From assembly GCA_010093815.1 (NCBI GenBank), contig ML996566.1: a stretch of 64,000 nucleotides of DNA. One strand, given 5' to 3'. The notes under the pieces are model-generated. The model saw only the letters and a program-made list of their open reading frames with translations, was not told where the DNA came from and made no database searches. The translations under genes were made by a program, and so were the position numbers. Origin of the DNA: Pseudovirgaria hyperparasitica (lineage: Eukaryota). Below are positions 48,803 through 61,304 of this stretch, one piece after another. Positions within the stretch are counted from its first letter, which is position 1, and each line of letters begins with the position of its first letter.

Positions 48803-51554
48803 TTTATCGGTCGAATATTTCCAGAAATTGTGTGTGCGTGTATAAAATTCGGTGAATCCAAAGGCCTCGTGAGGACATGTAGAATCGGTACTGGCTCCGA
48901 AAGTCGTACAAAAGCAAACGCCCCAGAGATCCCACGGCCACAAAAAACCAGCGATAGACAGGCGAAACCAGATGAATCGTATTAACGCTGCAACAGACGA
49001 GCAGACACAGGTCATTACATATATAGTACTTCCGCCCAGCCCAGGGCCCTCTGCTGCATCATCCATCCATTCTCAATGTCGGTAGCGACCGAACACACAC
49101 GCGCCCCCCTGAGGTTATGGCCTAATCAAAACGCAGCACTCCTCACCGCACCCCCCCGCCAGCATACACGCCAGGGGCCTAAACTTAGCCTAAAGCAGCC
49201 TACGCTCCACCCCCCCGAGGCCCCAAAACTCGCGCTGCTGCGTCTATGTGCGGCTCACACGCACGACCAGCCGCAACGGACCAGTCTCAGTCCACTCCGT
49301 TCAGCGCGGATACCGCAGCGGCGCACCTGAACTGAATAATGAATTATATAGATACGCAGCGAGGTAAGTGGTTCATGTTCACGGGTTCCACATAACACGA
49401 TGTTCCGTGGAGAGTCGCAATACGGCAATACAAGAGCACAAAGAGCACGCTTGACGTGTCTTGCCACACACACACATACACGTCCTGCCGGGCCAGGCAA
49501 GCCGGATGCGAAGCGAAGCCAAAGTGCCACAGCATAATAATGTATGGATGTCCCCATCGAAAGTGCGTATGGCGTCTTCTTTGCATCGCATCCTCTCGTT
49601 TCGCCAGAAAGCCAGACGCCAGACGCAGCAGCATACGACGTCCAAAAGACCGGTTCGGGTTCTGACATATGTGGTGGGACATAGACTTTTTTTCTATGTC
49701 TGTTCTCCATTAATTACCACTGTTGAAAGTTTGTGCGACGAATTTCGCGTGTGTATGTATGTATGTGCGTGTGCGTGTCTTGGACTCTTGGTGGTGGTAG
49801 CGGTGGAGCCAAAAGGGGTCTTCGCTTTCGATAGTGACTTCGCTGCAGAGCCAGCCCCAGCAGCACACCGTACGGTACGGTATAATAACAGCGAGGAGGA
49901 GACGAGACTTTTCAGTGGGAGAATCCATACAATAGTTATCCCACTTCCGTAACGGGTATAGAGGCAGCAAGCTGACATGCATCTCAAGGGTTCGCAACTC
50001 CGTTCGTACAACGTCCAAACGAGGGATCATCTCAGCTTGTACAGTGATGCGTTCGTATCGATGACCTTTCTCCCATACAGCCCAAGGAATCGTCGTCTCT
50101 AAATTGAATAAAATTATTGATTGCATAGCACCAAACGAATATGTTTAGTGCCCTCCTAATTAATAATTGTGACGAGAACTCCCTCCCTGTTTTCACCGCT
50201 GGCTGGTCCGAGACTTTTCCTTCAGGAGAACAGACAGCCGACCAAGCGGAACACATCATCCCTGCCGAGATCCCGCATCACGCCATGATTTAGCTAGGAA
50301 ACACACACAGACACTGACAAGACACACACACCCCGCAGTCTCCATAATAGTACGTACCTACATTATACATATCCAGACTTACCAACAAGTAAGTACATAA
50401 TTCCTGGGCCCGAAACGCTCAAATCGCCAGTTTTCTTTGGGGGGGTCTTTTTTTTCCCCTTTTCATTATCCCGACAATCGGAACGACCGGCCGGCTGGAA
50501 CAGCTAATAATAACAAGAAAGAAAGAAAAAGACTTTCCATAATTACCTTGATTCTTCCAGCCCAGCATCCATCAGTAATTACCTAGGCTATTAGGCTCAC
50601 TGATCTGAATCCCGCGTAAACATAAGCATGCTGTATGTACACATGTAGCATTGTAGATCCCGCGGGGGTTTCGTCAGTTCGCCGCCGCCGCCGGAGAAAA
50701 TTCCTGCGCTGCGTGCAGTGTAATGCAGTGCGTGCAATGCATGGCATATGCAGCATGGAGATTACATTTTATATCCTCACATACAGTGTATATATGCACG
50801 ATACAGTGCAGTGCACACACACACACACTGCAGACTAACACCCCTCGGCCATGGATATGCACTAATTAATTAGAGTCCTCCATCCAGCGTCCCGGATGAT
50901 TATTCCAAAGCAAAGACCCCTCCTCCATGTGCGAACCTCAGCTAGCTGCACGCACGCCCCCTCAAATGAATATATATATATGTATATCCGTGTTTGTTAG
51001 GTTTCAGTCCAGAACATTCCATACTATATGCCGTGAAACATCGAGGAAAAAAAAACAAAACCATGTCAATATGACGCGCGGATGTGGTTTGTTTGGGAGT
51101 GGTTGAGGGCGGGGTGTGGTAGCACAGTACGCCTTGTAAGAAAACAAAAACAAAACACAATAAAGAAAAAAAACATTTCAAGATACACGCAGGCATGATG
51201 GATCTGTAGATTGCGTTCTAATATAAAATCCTTCCGAAGTCGGCAATTGCCCTGCCGAAGCTAGCTGTACTCGTACATATTACTTTGACTCCCGGGTGCA
51301 TGATACATGATTCCTTCCTTTCCAGTTCTTTTATTGTATTTCCAAAAAAACAAAGAGTCCGTAACTCCTGTGCTTACGCTTGCTGCATTGTGGCAGGCAG
51401 GCAAAGCAGTTTCATCGACATCAGCTGGCTTCGTGCTAGATTAGAACTATAGCATATGTGTAAAGAGGTAAAAAAAAAAGTCTGACGCAACGATTGGGTA
51501 TCGAGAGGCGGCAGACAGAGAACGATAAACAAAAAAGGTTACAATGTGATACAA

Positions 51555-54356
51555 TCAAACAGCCATCTGTGGAGGTGGTGGCGGTAGAGGCATAGTTGGC
51601 GGTGGTAAAGGTAGTGGCATCGTTGAAGGTGGTTGAGGCAGAGGCATGTTTGGTGGAGGACGAGGTGGTAGAGGCATGTTCGGCGGTTGTGCACGTGGAG
51701 GAAGCCTAGCCATCGATCGAGTCATCAACTGGGGCGCCGAATGTTGCCGCAAAGGCTCCGTGAGGACGTTATCCCGGAAGTAGCCCGACTTAGACTTGGT
51801 AATAGGTCCCGAGAGCAAGTTGCTTATATTTGTCGTAGGTGGGGGACCTGCAACTGACGAAGCTGACGTCGAACGATGCACAGAACGCAGATTAGAAGCG
51901 AATGGCGCGTGATTGGTGTTGATCTGCATGCTGTTCGGTCGGCGTAGTTGGTGGTAGCTTGGGGTTTGGGGTGGTGGCTGCTGGACAGACATTGGTCGAT
52001 TTGGCTTGATTGGAAAAGGCAATGGTCGTCCAGCTGTCTGTCTTCGTCGCGGGATTATGATGGCCTGCAGATCTTTAGATTCACGCTGAGCAGGTGGGAC
52101 ATTAGAAACTGTCGACTGCCGGAAGGGTAGAGGCTGAACAAGCTCTAGAGTAGTGACACAGGTTGTCTGGTTCATTGTAGGTTGGGAACTTTGAGCTTGG
52201 CTGGGCGGAGATCTACTTATGGATTGGTGGGTCGGGAGCGAGAAGTTGAAAGACGGCGAGGGAGTCGTTCGTTCGCGCAAATGCGGTGCTGATTGCTGTC
52301 TAGAAAAGCTCTCGTCTTGAGGAGATGGTAGAGACGAAGCGCTGGATTGTCCGGATCCACGTCGTCCCAAAGACTCCGTATGACGGGTGACACAAGACAT
52401 ATCTGGCATAGCGGACCTACGACGACTAAAGTTGACTGTCTTCGATACTGGAAAGTCCTCGCTGGCTGAAGGAGCCGCTTTTCCTTCGCTGAGCGTATAC
52501 GACGAGATTGGGGAGAATGACTTGCCTCGCGGGGGTGGGCTCAGAGGGGGTGGACTTATACTCCTGGGCGGTAGAGATTCCGAAAGTGGCAGAGGTGGAA
52601 GTGGTATTCTTGGAGCCGGGGCACTTGTGCTCCTCCTGAAAGCAGGTGGCTGTTTTTTCTCTATGGGTATACCAGGTCGGTATCGAGGTGGACGATTGAA
52701 ACCTGCAGATATCGAATCTTGTGATCTGGTGTGCTCTGAAGAATCAGTGGTGTCTTCGTCCGTGGTGGGTAATTTGAATGTCTGAACAGAGCGCCTCCGG
52801 TTGCTGCCCAGGGTTGGGTTCATGGCGAATGATTTCAAGGATGTAGGGTCCCTTGACGGTTCGACCAACTCAGACCTGAAGAAGGTTTCAGCCATTGGCG
52901 ATGCTTCTGGCGTGGATATGCCAGAGGTGGCTTCAGTCAGGGTATCTGAGACCGATGTCGCAACTGACATGATTGACAGCCGTGAACCCTCCCGTAGCTG
53001 ATTGAGCTGAACGCTTCCTGGAGATATTGTCGTCATTGTTTCCGACGAATGTCGAGCTGAAGAAGGCTTTGATGATTTGACAGAGCCTGATTCAGATCCG
53101 TTCAAAGATAGACGACGATTAACGTCATCCCACTCAGAGGCCACGATAGTAGGCGATCCTGACGTTGTCGTTGAAGCATTTGACGGCTGTACCGGGCTAC
53201 CATTTATATTGTACTGGTGGGGATCTCTTTGCACGGAATATCTATGACTCGGGTTTCGCTCCAGATGATGGGCAGAAAAGTCATCATTGGGAGATGGTGC
53301 CTCAGTCCTGTGCTCCTTTCCACCAAGGACATCAATCTCTTTGCGGACCGCATTCAACCAGGAGTCCATATCTTCTGCGCTTTCGAGCACAAGAAGAAAA
53401 TTCGAAGCTTGTCGTCTAGTGTTGGCGTTCTGAAGGCGTAGTCGAGCCATCAATCCCCTTTGATTCGAGGCAACTGTACCATCTTCTTGGGCTGTTTGAG
53501 AGATTTGCAAGACCCAGTGCTTGCCAGAAATGATATCTGAAGCAAATGCAGCAGAATCAGGGCCGAGCTGCAGAACCTTCTCCGGAAGTCTGTCGAAGGC
53601 GCCAGAGCCTGCATACTGAAGGACGTAGCCCGAAGTCACCAGAATGTAGATTTTCGTGGTGAAGTCGGATACATAAAATGGTACTGCGGCTGAGAGCCTT
53701 TTTGACGTCAATTTACTCCTCTCAGGTTTCCCGTCCTCCTGCTGCGATAGATCTTGTCGTCCTTTGGCTATGTTTTCTTTAAGGATACTCTGCTGTCTTC
53801 GATGCTCTTGCTGTGATCTGAGCATTGACTCCGCAGAAGATGTGGAGGAGGTTAATGTCGCGTATTTAATGGCTTGAGGGTAGGCTTGGAACAGCGGTGG
53901 AGGAGTCCAATGTGCGTTATGTCTTGAGCGTCTCGGGACCGAACTCGCAGATTTCGACGATTTGAGCTTCGTGACGTCTTCTCCTGGCTGTCGCGCCAGC
54001 AGTACGTTTGGCGCCGTCGATCCTGGAGAAGCAGCTGGCCGCAATGCAGATTTGGGCGGTATAGGAGGAGCAGCGACAGCCGGAGTGGGTGGCGTCTTTG
54101 GTCGCTCGGGCAATTGTAGCCCTACTTCGTGATGTCCCCGTGCTCGCTGGACGTTTGGCTTGCTGAAAAGATTGAAAAGCGACATTCTTGATCCCTTCGC
54201 TTGTATTTTGGGCGCCTTGGAGTCGATGACCATCGGAGTTGGCTCGTCTTGTTTGGGAGGTGATGGTTGAGCCATGAGTGATTGCCGCCATCGGCTAGGT
54301 GGTCTTCCATTCTTGTTTCCCTTCATGGGTCCCAATATATCCTCGTCGCGCGACAT
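51555..54356 (-). CDS. PH-domain protein with Ser/Pro-rich disordered C-terminus
   Basis: 933 aa ORF; WTPPPLFQAYPQA, KIYILVTSGYVLQY...FLLVLESAEDMDSWLNAVRKEI PH helix; terminal PP(N/T)MPLP repeats. Confidence 0.85.
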   Translation of the reverse strand: MSRDEDILGPMKGNKNGRPPSRWRQSLMAQPSPPKQDEPTPMVIDSKAPKIQAKGSRMSLFNLFSKPNVQRARGHHEVGLQLPERPKTPPTPAVAAPPIPPKSALRPAASPGSTAPNVLLARQPGEDVTKLKSSKSASSVPRRSRHNAHWTPPPLFQAYPQAIKYATLTSSTSSAESMLRSQQEHRRQQSILKENIAKGRQDLSQQEDGKPERSKLTSKRLSAAVPFYVSDFTTKIYILVTSGYVLQYAGSGAFDRLPEKVLQLGPDSAAFASDIISGKHWVLQISQTAQEDGTVASNQRGLMARLRLQNANTRRQASNFLLVLESAEDMDSWLNAVRKEIDVLGGKEHRTEAPSPNDDFSAHHLERNPSHRYSVQRDPHQYNINGSPVQPSNASTTTSGSPTIVASEWDDVNRRLSLNGSESGSVKSSKPSSARHSSETMTTISPGSVQLNQLREGSRLSIMSVATSVSDTLTEATSGISTPEASPMAETFFRSELVEPSRDPTSLKSFAMNPTLGSNRRRSVQTFKLPTTDEDTTDSSEHTRSQDSISAGFNRPPRYRPGIPIEKKQPPAFRRSTSAPAPRIPLPPLPLSESLPPRSISPPPLSPPPRGKSFSPISSYTLSEGKAAPSASEDFPVSKTVNFSRRRSAMPDMSCVTRHTESLGRRGSGQSSASSLPSPQDESFSRQQSAPHLRERTTPSPSFNFSLPTHQSISRSPPSQAQSSQPTMNQTTCVTTLELVQPLPFRQSTVSNVPPAQRESKDLQAIIIPRRRQTAGRPLPFPIKPNRPMSVQQPPPQTPSYHQLRRPNSMQINTNHAPFASNLRSVHRSTSASSVAGPPPTTNISNLLSGPITKSKSGYFRDNVLTEPLRQHSAPQLMTRSMARLPPRAQPPNMPLPPRPPPNMPLPQPPSTMPLPLPPPTMPLPPPPPQMAV

Positions 54357-55873
54357 GGCGATTTTTAAGCAATTATGACCCGGCTATAATAAGGCTACCA
54401 GTGTGTAGTACTCAATAGAGACGTTGACGACAAGACGACAGGAATCGTGATGCGCACAATGGACAATTCAAAGCCAAGAAAGACTGTCGGTGGAGCACAA
54501 GGAACGTCTGGGTGCGCAGGAGTAAATGAAGAAAATGCTATCGTCGAAAGCAGTCCGTCGTGGCGTTAAGTCGTCCGGCTCAGGAAGCATGAGGAGGGAT
54601 ATGGCTTCGAGGATAGGCGACAGAATCCCAGGAGAAATGCGGCGTGGTCAACCCAGTGTATATAGGGAGGTGAGGAAATGGACAGAGTTGTTGTCAGAGA
54701 ACGGCTTTGAGAAGAGATCACATCGGCATGATAGATCAAAGGAGAGGACAGGGCCAGCGGCCCCAACTGAAAGAAATGAAAGCTGTAGAGGAGGAAATGC
54801 AGGAGGTGGGCAGGCAGAAGAGAGAGACGAAGAAGGTTTAGTTGTAGATGTTTCACGTAGGAGAAGACGGGGAATGCTCGAGTCGCGGATGTTGAAGGTT
54901 AGCCGGGTTGGGCATAGCAGTGCGCCGCGAGTCTGGGCCCGGGGTGAGAAGAAGCTCAACGGTCAAAAGTCAGGGGCTCCCGTAACTAGCGCGTATCTAT
55001 CACAGCTTGGCCTTTCTGGTCACACATATCACTATTATTGCTGCGAGCAAAAGCAAAACGTAGGAATGTTGGCCTCGCTGGAATTTGGGCATGGGTCAGG
55101 CTTCCGGAGCTGTTGCGAAACCAGGACTGCGGACATTCGACGTTGCGAGAGGCGCCGGACTTGGACGCGATAGGAAGAGACACATGGCGAAAAAGATGAG
55201 AGACGAGATGAGACGGGAATGGCATACCAGGACAGGGGAGGGCGGGATGCCATGGCCCCCCTCGACGCTTGTCCTGGTTCGCAGTGTCAAGCTAGACATG
55301 TTTATAGTAGCAGGTAACTAATATCGATTGTCAATGTTCATCCACTCCGACTTAGGCAGACGATTGGCATGAGAGTAGGGGAGATTGGGTTTGCAGGCAT
55401 GCTGTTCTCTCACTCGTCTTGTTTCGAGTCGAGTGGAATGTGTTTGAAGACGACGGCAAGAGACAGAAAGGCGATAAAGCGTCCTATTTCGAGGTGGAGG
55501 GGTGCGGGATGATCCTCGTAGCAAATCCGATAATCGGTTCGCATTTCCAGCCATCGCTCATCGACAAAAGAAGCCTCCTTATTATAGTATACATGATCAT
55601 CGATATTAATGACCAAGCGCAGTCAAAAGAGGCACGGCTGACAGCAGCATGGATGCTGCAGGTGGGCGTGGGCGTGGGCTGCAGTAATTAGTTTTGAAGG
55701 CCTAAAGTCATGGATAGGTAGGTATAGGTATTAGGCTGGGAAACCTATTGAAAGCCACCCTCTCTCCCTCTCCTGGGCACATCTCTTGTCATGAAAGATG
55801 TTTACTGGGGGGCAGCGGGCAGGCGGTGCGGCGCGAGAGGGCGGCGAGGGGGGCGCAATGGAGCGTTTGGAGA

Positions 55874-55907
55874 GGGGGACGAGGGACGAGGGACGAGGGA
55901 CGAGGGG
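55874..55907 (+). repeat. (GGGACGA)n heptamer repeat with G-quadruplex potential
   Basis: GGGGGACGAGGGACGAGGGACGAGGGACGAGGGG. Confidence 0.7.
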
Positions 55908-56431
55908 TGAACCTTGGCGCCTTTTTTTACTACGTACAGTCCGCCTTTTGCGGCTTCTCACCCCTCTCCCCGCGCCTTCAAGCCACCAACCACCAAAGAG
56001 CCACGTACTCAAATATACTCCGCAATGCACCACACCTGCGCACCATCTGGGCGCCACCCATTGTCCACCTGTACTGTTGCTTGTTGTCGTAATTCCTGTA
56101 CTGTAGCTTTCACGCCTCGTCCCACCTGCACGTGTAGGCGGGGAAGCTGCGAGAGCGATCCATCCATACTGTAATTAATCAATCCATTGAATCACATTCC
56201 TACCTAACCACCACCTCAGGCCATTCTGGCGTGTTCACCACTCCACCCGTACCTTCATTCTCTACCTGTTGACCTAGATACAGCAGTAACATCTATCAGC
56301 TACTATCTCACACCTCTCAATCTCTCCATCCGCTCTTCTCTGCCAGCTGCTCAACCAGCTCTTCTTTTCTCCCGCAAACCGAGCAATCCATTCTCTGTCA
56401 TCACCTATTTGCCCTTTCTACAAAACCTGAC

Positions 56432-57571
56432 ATGGCACCCGACCTCAATACTCTGCCTCCATCTCGACCTGTCTCCGGCTCCAATAGTCCTCTACCTCCG
56501 AGAATGGCTCAGCCTGCAGAAGCCCTCACTCAATCTCCTTCGTCGCCTCCGATACCTGTGCCTCACTCTCCGAGCCACTCTCTCGCCGCAACTGCCGCCC
56601 TGAACGCCGGCATACACAACGAAGAGTCTCGCCGCACTTCTGGTGGCTCAATACGTCGCGACGCTGACCGTGCTCGTCGTCGTTCAAGTATTCGCATGAG
56701 CCTGAATCTCAACGATCCAACTGTCCCCGCACCTGGTGAGCTCCAGATAAGCCCTTCGTTGCGTACACGCAATGCGAACTTTCCGAGCCCTCGTCATGAG
56801 CGCACCCCCAGCCTTGGCGAGCTTCATCAGGAACTAGAAAATGAACAGGAGGCCCAAGTGGTATGTTCCAAGTGACTCTATTCCATAGGACTTTCCAGTC
56901 GTGTTTTCAGATGCATGCAACTGACCATCCTTGATAGAATCGCCTTCTCAGCATGATCCGACAACAGCAGGCTCAAATCATAAGCCTGTCCAATACCCAG
57001 ACTACACCTGCTCAAGGAGCTGCGGTTGACGACTCCACACCGACCTCAGAGCGCTCCTTATCTCTACCCCAGTCTGCCACCGTACCAAACGCTGCTGTCA
57101 ACCCGCTACCCCTGTCTCCGCGACCTCGACAACATGGAGATCTCTCCAGACAATCGTCTTACCGTGAGCAGTCTCGTGGAAACAGTCGCTCTCCAGCCCT
57201 ACGACCTGTGCCTCTTAGCTCAGGCTCGCGGAGCGAAAGTAATGAGTGGCTGTCTGGTGGATTGAGCAATAGTCGAGATGAGAGCGCATTCTACCAAGCT
57301 GAGACCCAGATGCTCACGCGAGAGAACCAGATGCTGAAGATGAGGATAAGGGAGCTTGGTAAGACCAGATATCTACTGGAAATAATCAGATTGACTGACA
57401 CGGTTTGAAGAGCGCCAGATTGCAGATTGCAACCCGATTCCCAGTCCGCATGCACCTGCCCTGCCTTCGAATCTCGCGACATCCCCTCCACTTGAGGCTC
57501 AACAGACAGGAGTACCTGAGAACACGCCTTTACCACCTTCTGCAACTGCATCCAGTACTACTGCTTCATGA
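56432..57571 (+). CDS. Conserved-looking fungal coiled-coil protein of unknown function
   Basis: MAPDLN start; HERTPSLGELHQELENEQEAQV|NRLLSMIRQQQ; RDESAFYQAETQMLTRENQMLKMRIREL|ERQI. Introns ~56861-56937 and ~57359-57410. Confidence 0.8.
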
Positions 57572-58558
57572 TCCGGACAGCTATCTACACTACCAGTTTT
57601 AGTATAGCATCGACAGCAGTTGCATCACAGTATCAGAGCAGCATATAATTACACATTGAGGTTCTCGTTCGGGACACGCCATACATATGTTCGCCGCCAC
57701 TCGATCTGCAGCAATCTTGGGTGTGTGTCCGCTCGGACCGAAGTGTACCAAAGACTCCCCGGATAGTTTTAAGAAGACAACGCTGACGTTCCACTGCCGA
57801 ACACATCTAATTGGCCGTAGAACTCCCGATCGACAAGCTCTTTACTAATGTGTCCTAAAAGATCTGAAAGGTCGAAAATCCCAAAAGCTTGTGTACAATT
57901 CCACTTGGAATGGGTGGCCTGTGTGGTGGATGATAACTATTCTTGGAAAGCGTCACGCCGGGAATTAGTGCGTGCATGCGGTGGCTGTCAGTATGTTCCC
58001 ATCCAAGGCACATATCGCGGATAAAGGAACACTGGGCAATGTCAATTGCGTGGCATGTCTTTCGGCGAAGCTTATACAGGTTGGGCCTGGGCCCGATTAG
58101 ATTGAACTAGCACATCCTGATTGCGGATTGTGCAAAGCAAGAAGCAAAGAGCAGATGTGGAAACATTAGAATACTGCAGTCATTCGCACACGTGAGTGAC
58201 TAACAAGGTAACGGTAGAGCAGCAGCATAATCTCTCTCTCTCTCTCTTTCTCTTTCCTAAACACTCCCCCCTGAAAAACATCTTCCAGACCCTTATGAAC
58301 TTTTCCTGCTCCCCACGATCCCAACAATTCCCTCTGGCACACTCTCAAACTCAACTTCCTCCCACGCACACCTCACTCCACTCCCCAACGGCACACTCCG
58401 ACTCCACCGCCTCCCCTCCTGCACACTCTCCTGCACACCCACACCGAAGTGACCGCCTCCACCAGTTCCCCTAACCACCACCTTCTTCTCATCACCGTAA
58501 TCGAAATCTGCATCAGAAAGACATGCCCGCGGTCGCCGCGCCGCAGCAAGCGTCTCAC

Positions 58559-60220
58559 TCAGCGTCCGCGAAGCCCCTCGACGGAGAAAACTCGGTCTTG
58601 CCCGACCACCACTGCCACCACTTCCACCACCACTACTACCCGTCGTCGACAAAGGTGTGAAGCGGACAGGCGGGGACGGTGTTTGAAGGGCGATGATGCG
58701 CGCGCGGATGTGTTCCGGGGTGCTGGTTTGGAGGGACGAGAGGAGGGTGGTGAGTTTTGTGCGGTGGGGTTGTTTGGTTGGGGGGAGGAGGGGTTTGTTT
58801 CTGGCTGTGGTGATTGTGGTGGTGTGGAGAGATGTTTCTCGGCTGAGATGCGCCGTGAGAGATGTCTTGGTGATGATGATGGTGTGAGAGGCGGAGTCTT
58901 GATTGTTGCTATTGCGGATGAATGGTGCGATGGGTATAGATGTGCGCGCAGGAGGACAGAGCGGGAAAGATGTTTGCGGTATGCGGAGAGGGGATCCAGC
59001 GGTGCGAGGTCGAGGAGTAGGGCCAGACATGCCATCGAGGCTATGAGGAGGGTCGTGGACGCGTGTAGGTGGGCGGTCGAGTGTTTGGAGGGCGAAAACC
59101 CCGTGGAGTCGGCGATGTGTTGCTCCTCTGTGGCGATGTGTTTCAGCGTGAATGACAGGTGGTCGTCGAGTGTTGACTTGATTGAGGATGCGAGCGAGGG
59201 GTCGTTGAGGAGGACACGGAGGGCGGGGGCGTTGGCGGAGAGGAGAGCTAGGCTGACGGGTGTTTGGCCGTGGAAGTTTCGTGCTGAGGGCAGAGCGCCG
59301 TGGGTAAGGAGGAGTGCTGCGGCGGCGGCGGCGGCAGGGGCTTCGCAGGGAGAGCAAGCGTGGTGTAAAGGGGTGTCACCACGGGCATCTCTGGCGTTGA
59401 CGTCGGCGCCCCAGGAGAGTAAGCTGGCCATCAGGGCAGTGTGTTGAAGATAGGAAGCCTCATGTAAGGGGGTTTCTCCAAGCACGTTTCGGGCCGCGAT
59501 GCTGGCGCCTCTGTGTCGGAGGAAGTCGACGACTTCGAGTTGGCCTTTGGAACAGGCGTATGAGAGTGGGGTTCGTGAGAAGCCGTCGATGGATTCCGAT
59601 TCGATGCCCATGTTCAGGAGCTCGGAGACGGCTTCGAGTTGCGATGTCTCGATTGCTTTCCTCAGTGAGAATGGAAACCACTTTGATGGGATGTCTAGAT
59701 CGACGGCATCTAGCATGGTCTCGGTCAAGCCTGCTATATCGCCAGCCTCGACGTGGTCGGTGAGCGTGCGGTCCAGTTTCAGGAGCAGTCTCTGCGACCT
59801 GGAGTCACTCCAGAAAACATCTGTATTCATTTGCTGTTGCGGGAGTACATCGTCGACTGGTCTCGGGTCTGGGGAAATCTTTTGGACTGCGAGGCTAGAT
59901 GAAAGTTGCTCTTCCGGTCCCGAGACTTTCACGGCCTTGTCTTTCTTCATGAGCGTTCGCATGGTGCGTCGACATGCCTTGGAGTCAAGGACATCTTCGT
60001 CGAAGGAGAAGATCGGGCTAAAGCTGGAGACGTTCGTTTCGTTGCTGCTAATAGTGTGATCGGTGAGACGAGATTCCGTCTCTTTAAGTAGATGCACCAA
60101 TGAGGTATCATCATGGATTTGAAGCCAGACAGGTTCTTTGGTACTTTCCAACATTGCGAATGGTCCTGTTGAGAGGTCCTGCGTTTGGAGTCCAAGAAGT
60201 TGAGAGGGCATAAAAGGCAA
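58559..60220 (-). CDS. Ankyrin-repeat protein (5' and 3' ends uncertain)
   Basis: RTPLSYACSKG, GETPLHEA, GADVNARDARGDTPLHHAC, GQTPVSLA. Confidence 0.8.
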   Translation of the reverse strand: MPFMPSQLLGLQTQDLSTGPFAMLESTKEPVWLQIHDDTSLVHLLKETESRLTDHTISSNETNVSSFSPIFSFDEDVLDSKACRRTMRTLMKKDKAVKVSGPEEQLSSSLAVQKISPDPRPVDDVLPQQQMNTDVFWSDSRSQRLLLKLDRTLTDHVEAGDIAGLTETMLDAVDLDIPSKWFPFSLRKAIETSQLEAVSELLNMGIESESIDGFSRTPLSYACSKGQLEVVDFLRHRGASIAARNVLGETPLHEASYLQHTALMASLLSWGADVNARDARGDTPLHHACSPCEAPAAAAAAALLLTHGALPSARNFHGQTPVSLALLSANAPALRVLLNDPSLASSIKSTLDDHLSFTLKHIATEEQHIADSTGFSPSKHSTAHLHASTTLLIASMACLALLLDLAPLDPLSAYRKHLSRSVLLRAHLYPSHHSSAIATIKTPPLTPSSSPRHLSRRISAEKHLSTPPQSPQPETNPSSPQPNNPTAQNSPPSSRPSKPAPRNTSARASSPFKHRPRLSASHLCRRRVVVVVEVVAVVVGQDRVFSVEGLRGR

Positions 60221-61304
60221 CGCATGCTACACTATATCAATAGGCTGCAATTGTTGATAGAGCTAGAGGACTCGGGTTGGTAACCTACAGGGAAAGCCTC
60301 CGCCACTTCACGGTAGTTGGTACACCGAATGCCTTCTAGAAGTTCATGCCGTACGTAGAGAATTGCCTATACATGGGGATCAAAGCTGCCCGCTAGCATT
60401 GTTGGAAGTCAGGAGGAGTGTCTCGTCTCAGCCGTGGTCCGCAGGGACGCCTCGTTCCGGAAACGAAAATGCGGGCATCCAACATCGATTGTTCAGCGCT
60501 ATCATCATCCATTCTATAGTTATGCAAGCATTCGTGGTCTTAACGAGCCCGACCACCGCTACTCGGGGTCCGACGATCTTAAAATAGGGCGTCTCATTCC
60601 TAGCCAGGAATGGAGAGTGAACAACCATGCTACCTGGATTCTTGTTTGACGTGGTCGGTAATTAGTAGATACTTCTCCATCGCTTTCGGAGGTGTCAAAC
60701 CGGGTCGTCCCGGACAAAGCGCGCATATCATGAAACCACTACTGTGCCGCCTATCTGCTGCTTGAAAAGACATTCCTGATAGTTTGTTGACCGCAGCGAT
60801 CACCCTGTATGATCCGTACGAGCAATGTTGTTTTTTTGATGCAGACGGCTCAATAGGTTCCGAATAACAACGAACAGCTCAATATCAAAAGCAACATGAC
60901 TTGCTGCAGATGCGGAGGGACGACGAGCTGGAAGAAGAGTTTGTCATATTCGGGGCGAATGCCACCATTCATCCTCGTCCTGCCAGTCTAGGCTAGAGTG
61001 TCGGAACGCCAACTACTACATGGACCCAGGTGGTTTCTCGGTTATATTCACTTTCTGGCCTCTTGTGCTTATATTTGCTCTAGCTCGAGAAATCTCCCAA
61101 GGCAATGGCACTAGGCCGCTAAATTCGTTCAAAGCCATAACATTACATAGCGTGGGAATCCTGGTCCAAAAAGACTTTCATTGTTGATGCAATCGTCAGA
61201 ACGAGCCACCATGTATGGTATCTTCACCTTATGCCAATAACGCCAATGAACTGCTCGAGAATTCGGCTCGACAACGAAATAGCCTGTCCAACGATGGCCT
61301 GGAT

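Noticed and set aside
49076..51196. Many short ORFs in the long intergenic region
   Set aside because: Low-complexity CA/TG and poly-A sequence with no recognisable motifs or coherent splice structure.
54526..55253. 215-aa plus-strand ORF and overlapping minus-strand ORFs
   Set aside because: Purine-rich mirror of the pyrimidine-rich leader of the PH gene; no protein-like features.
58449..59447. 332-aa plus-strand ORF
   Set aside because: Antisense shadow of the GC-rich ankyrin gene.
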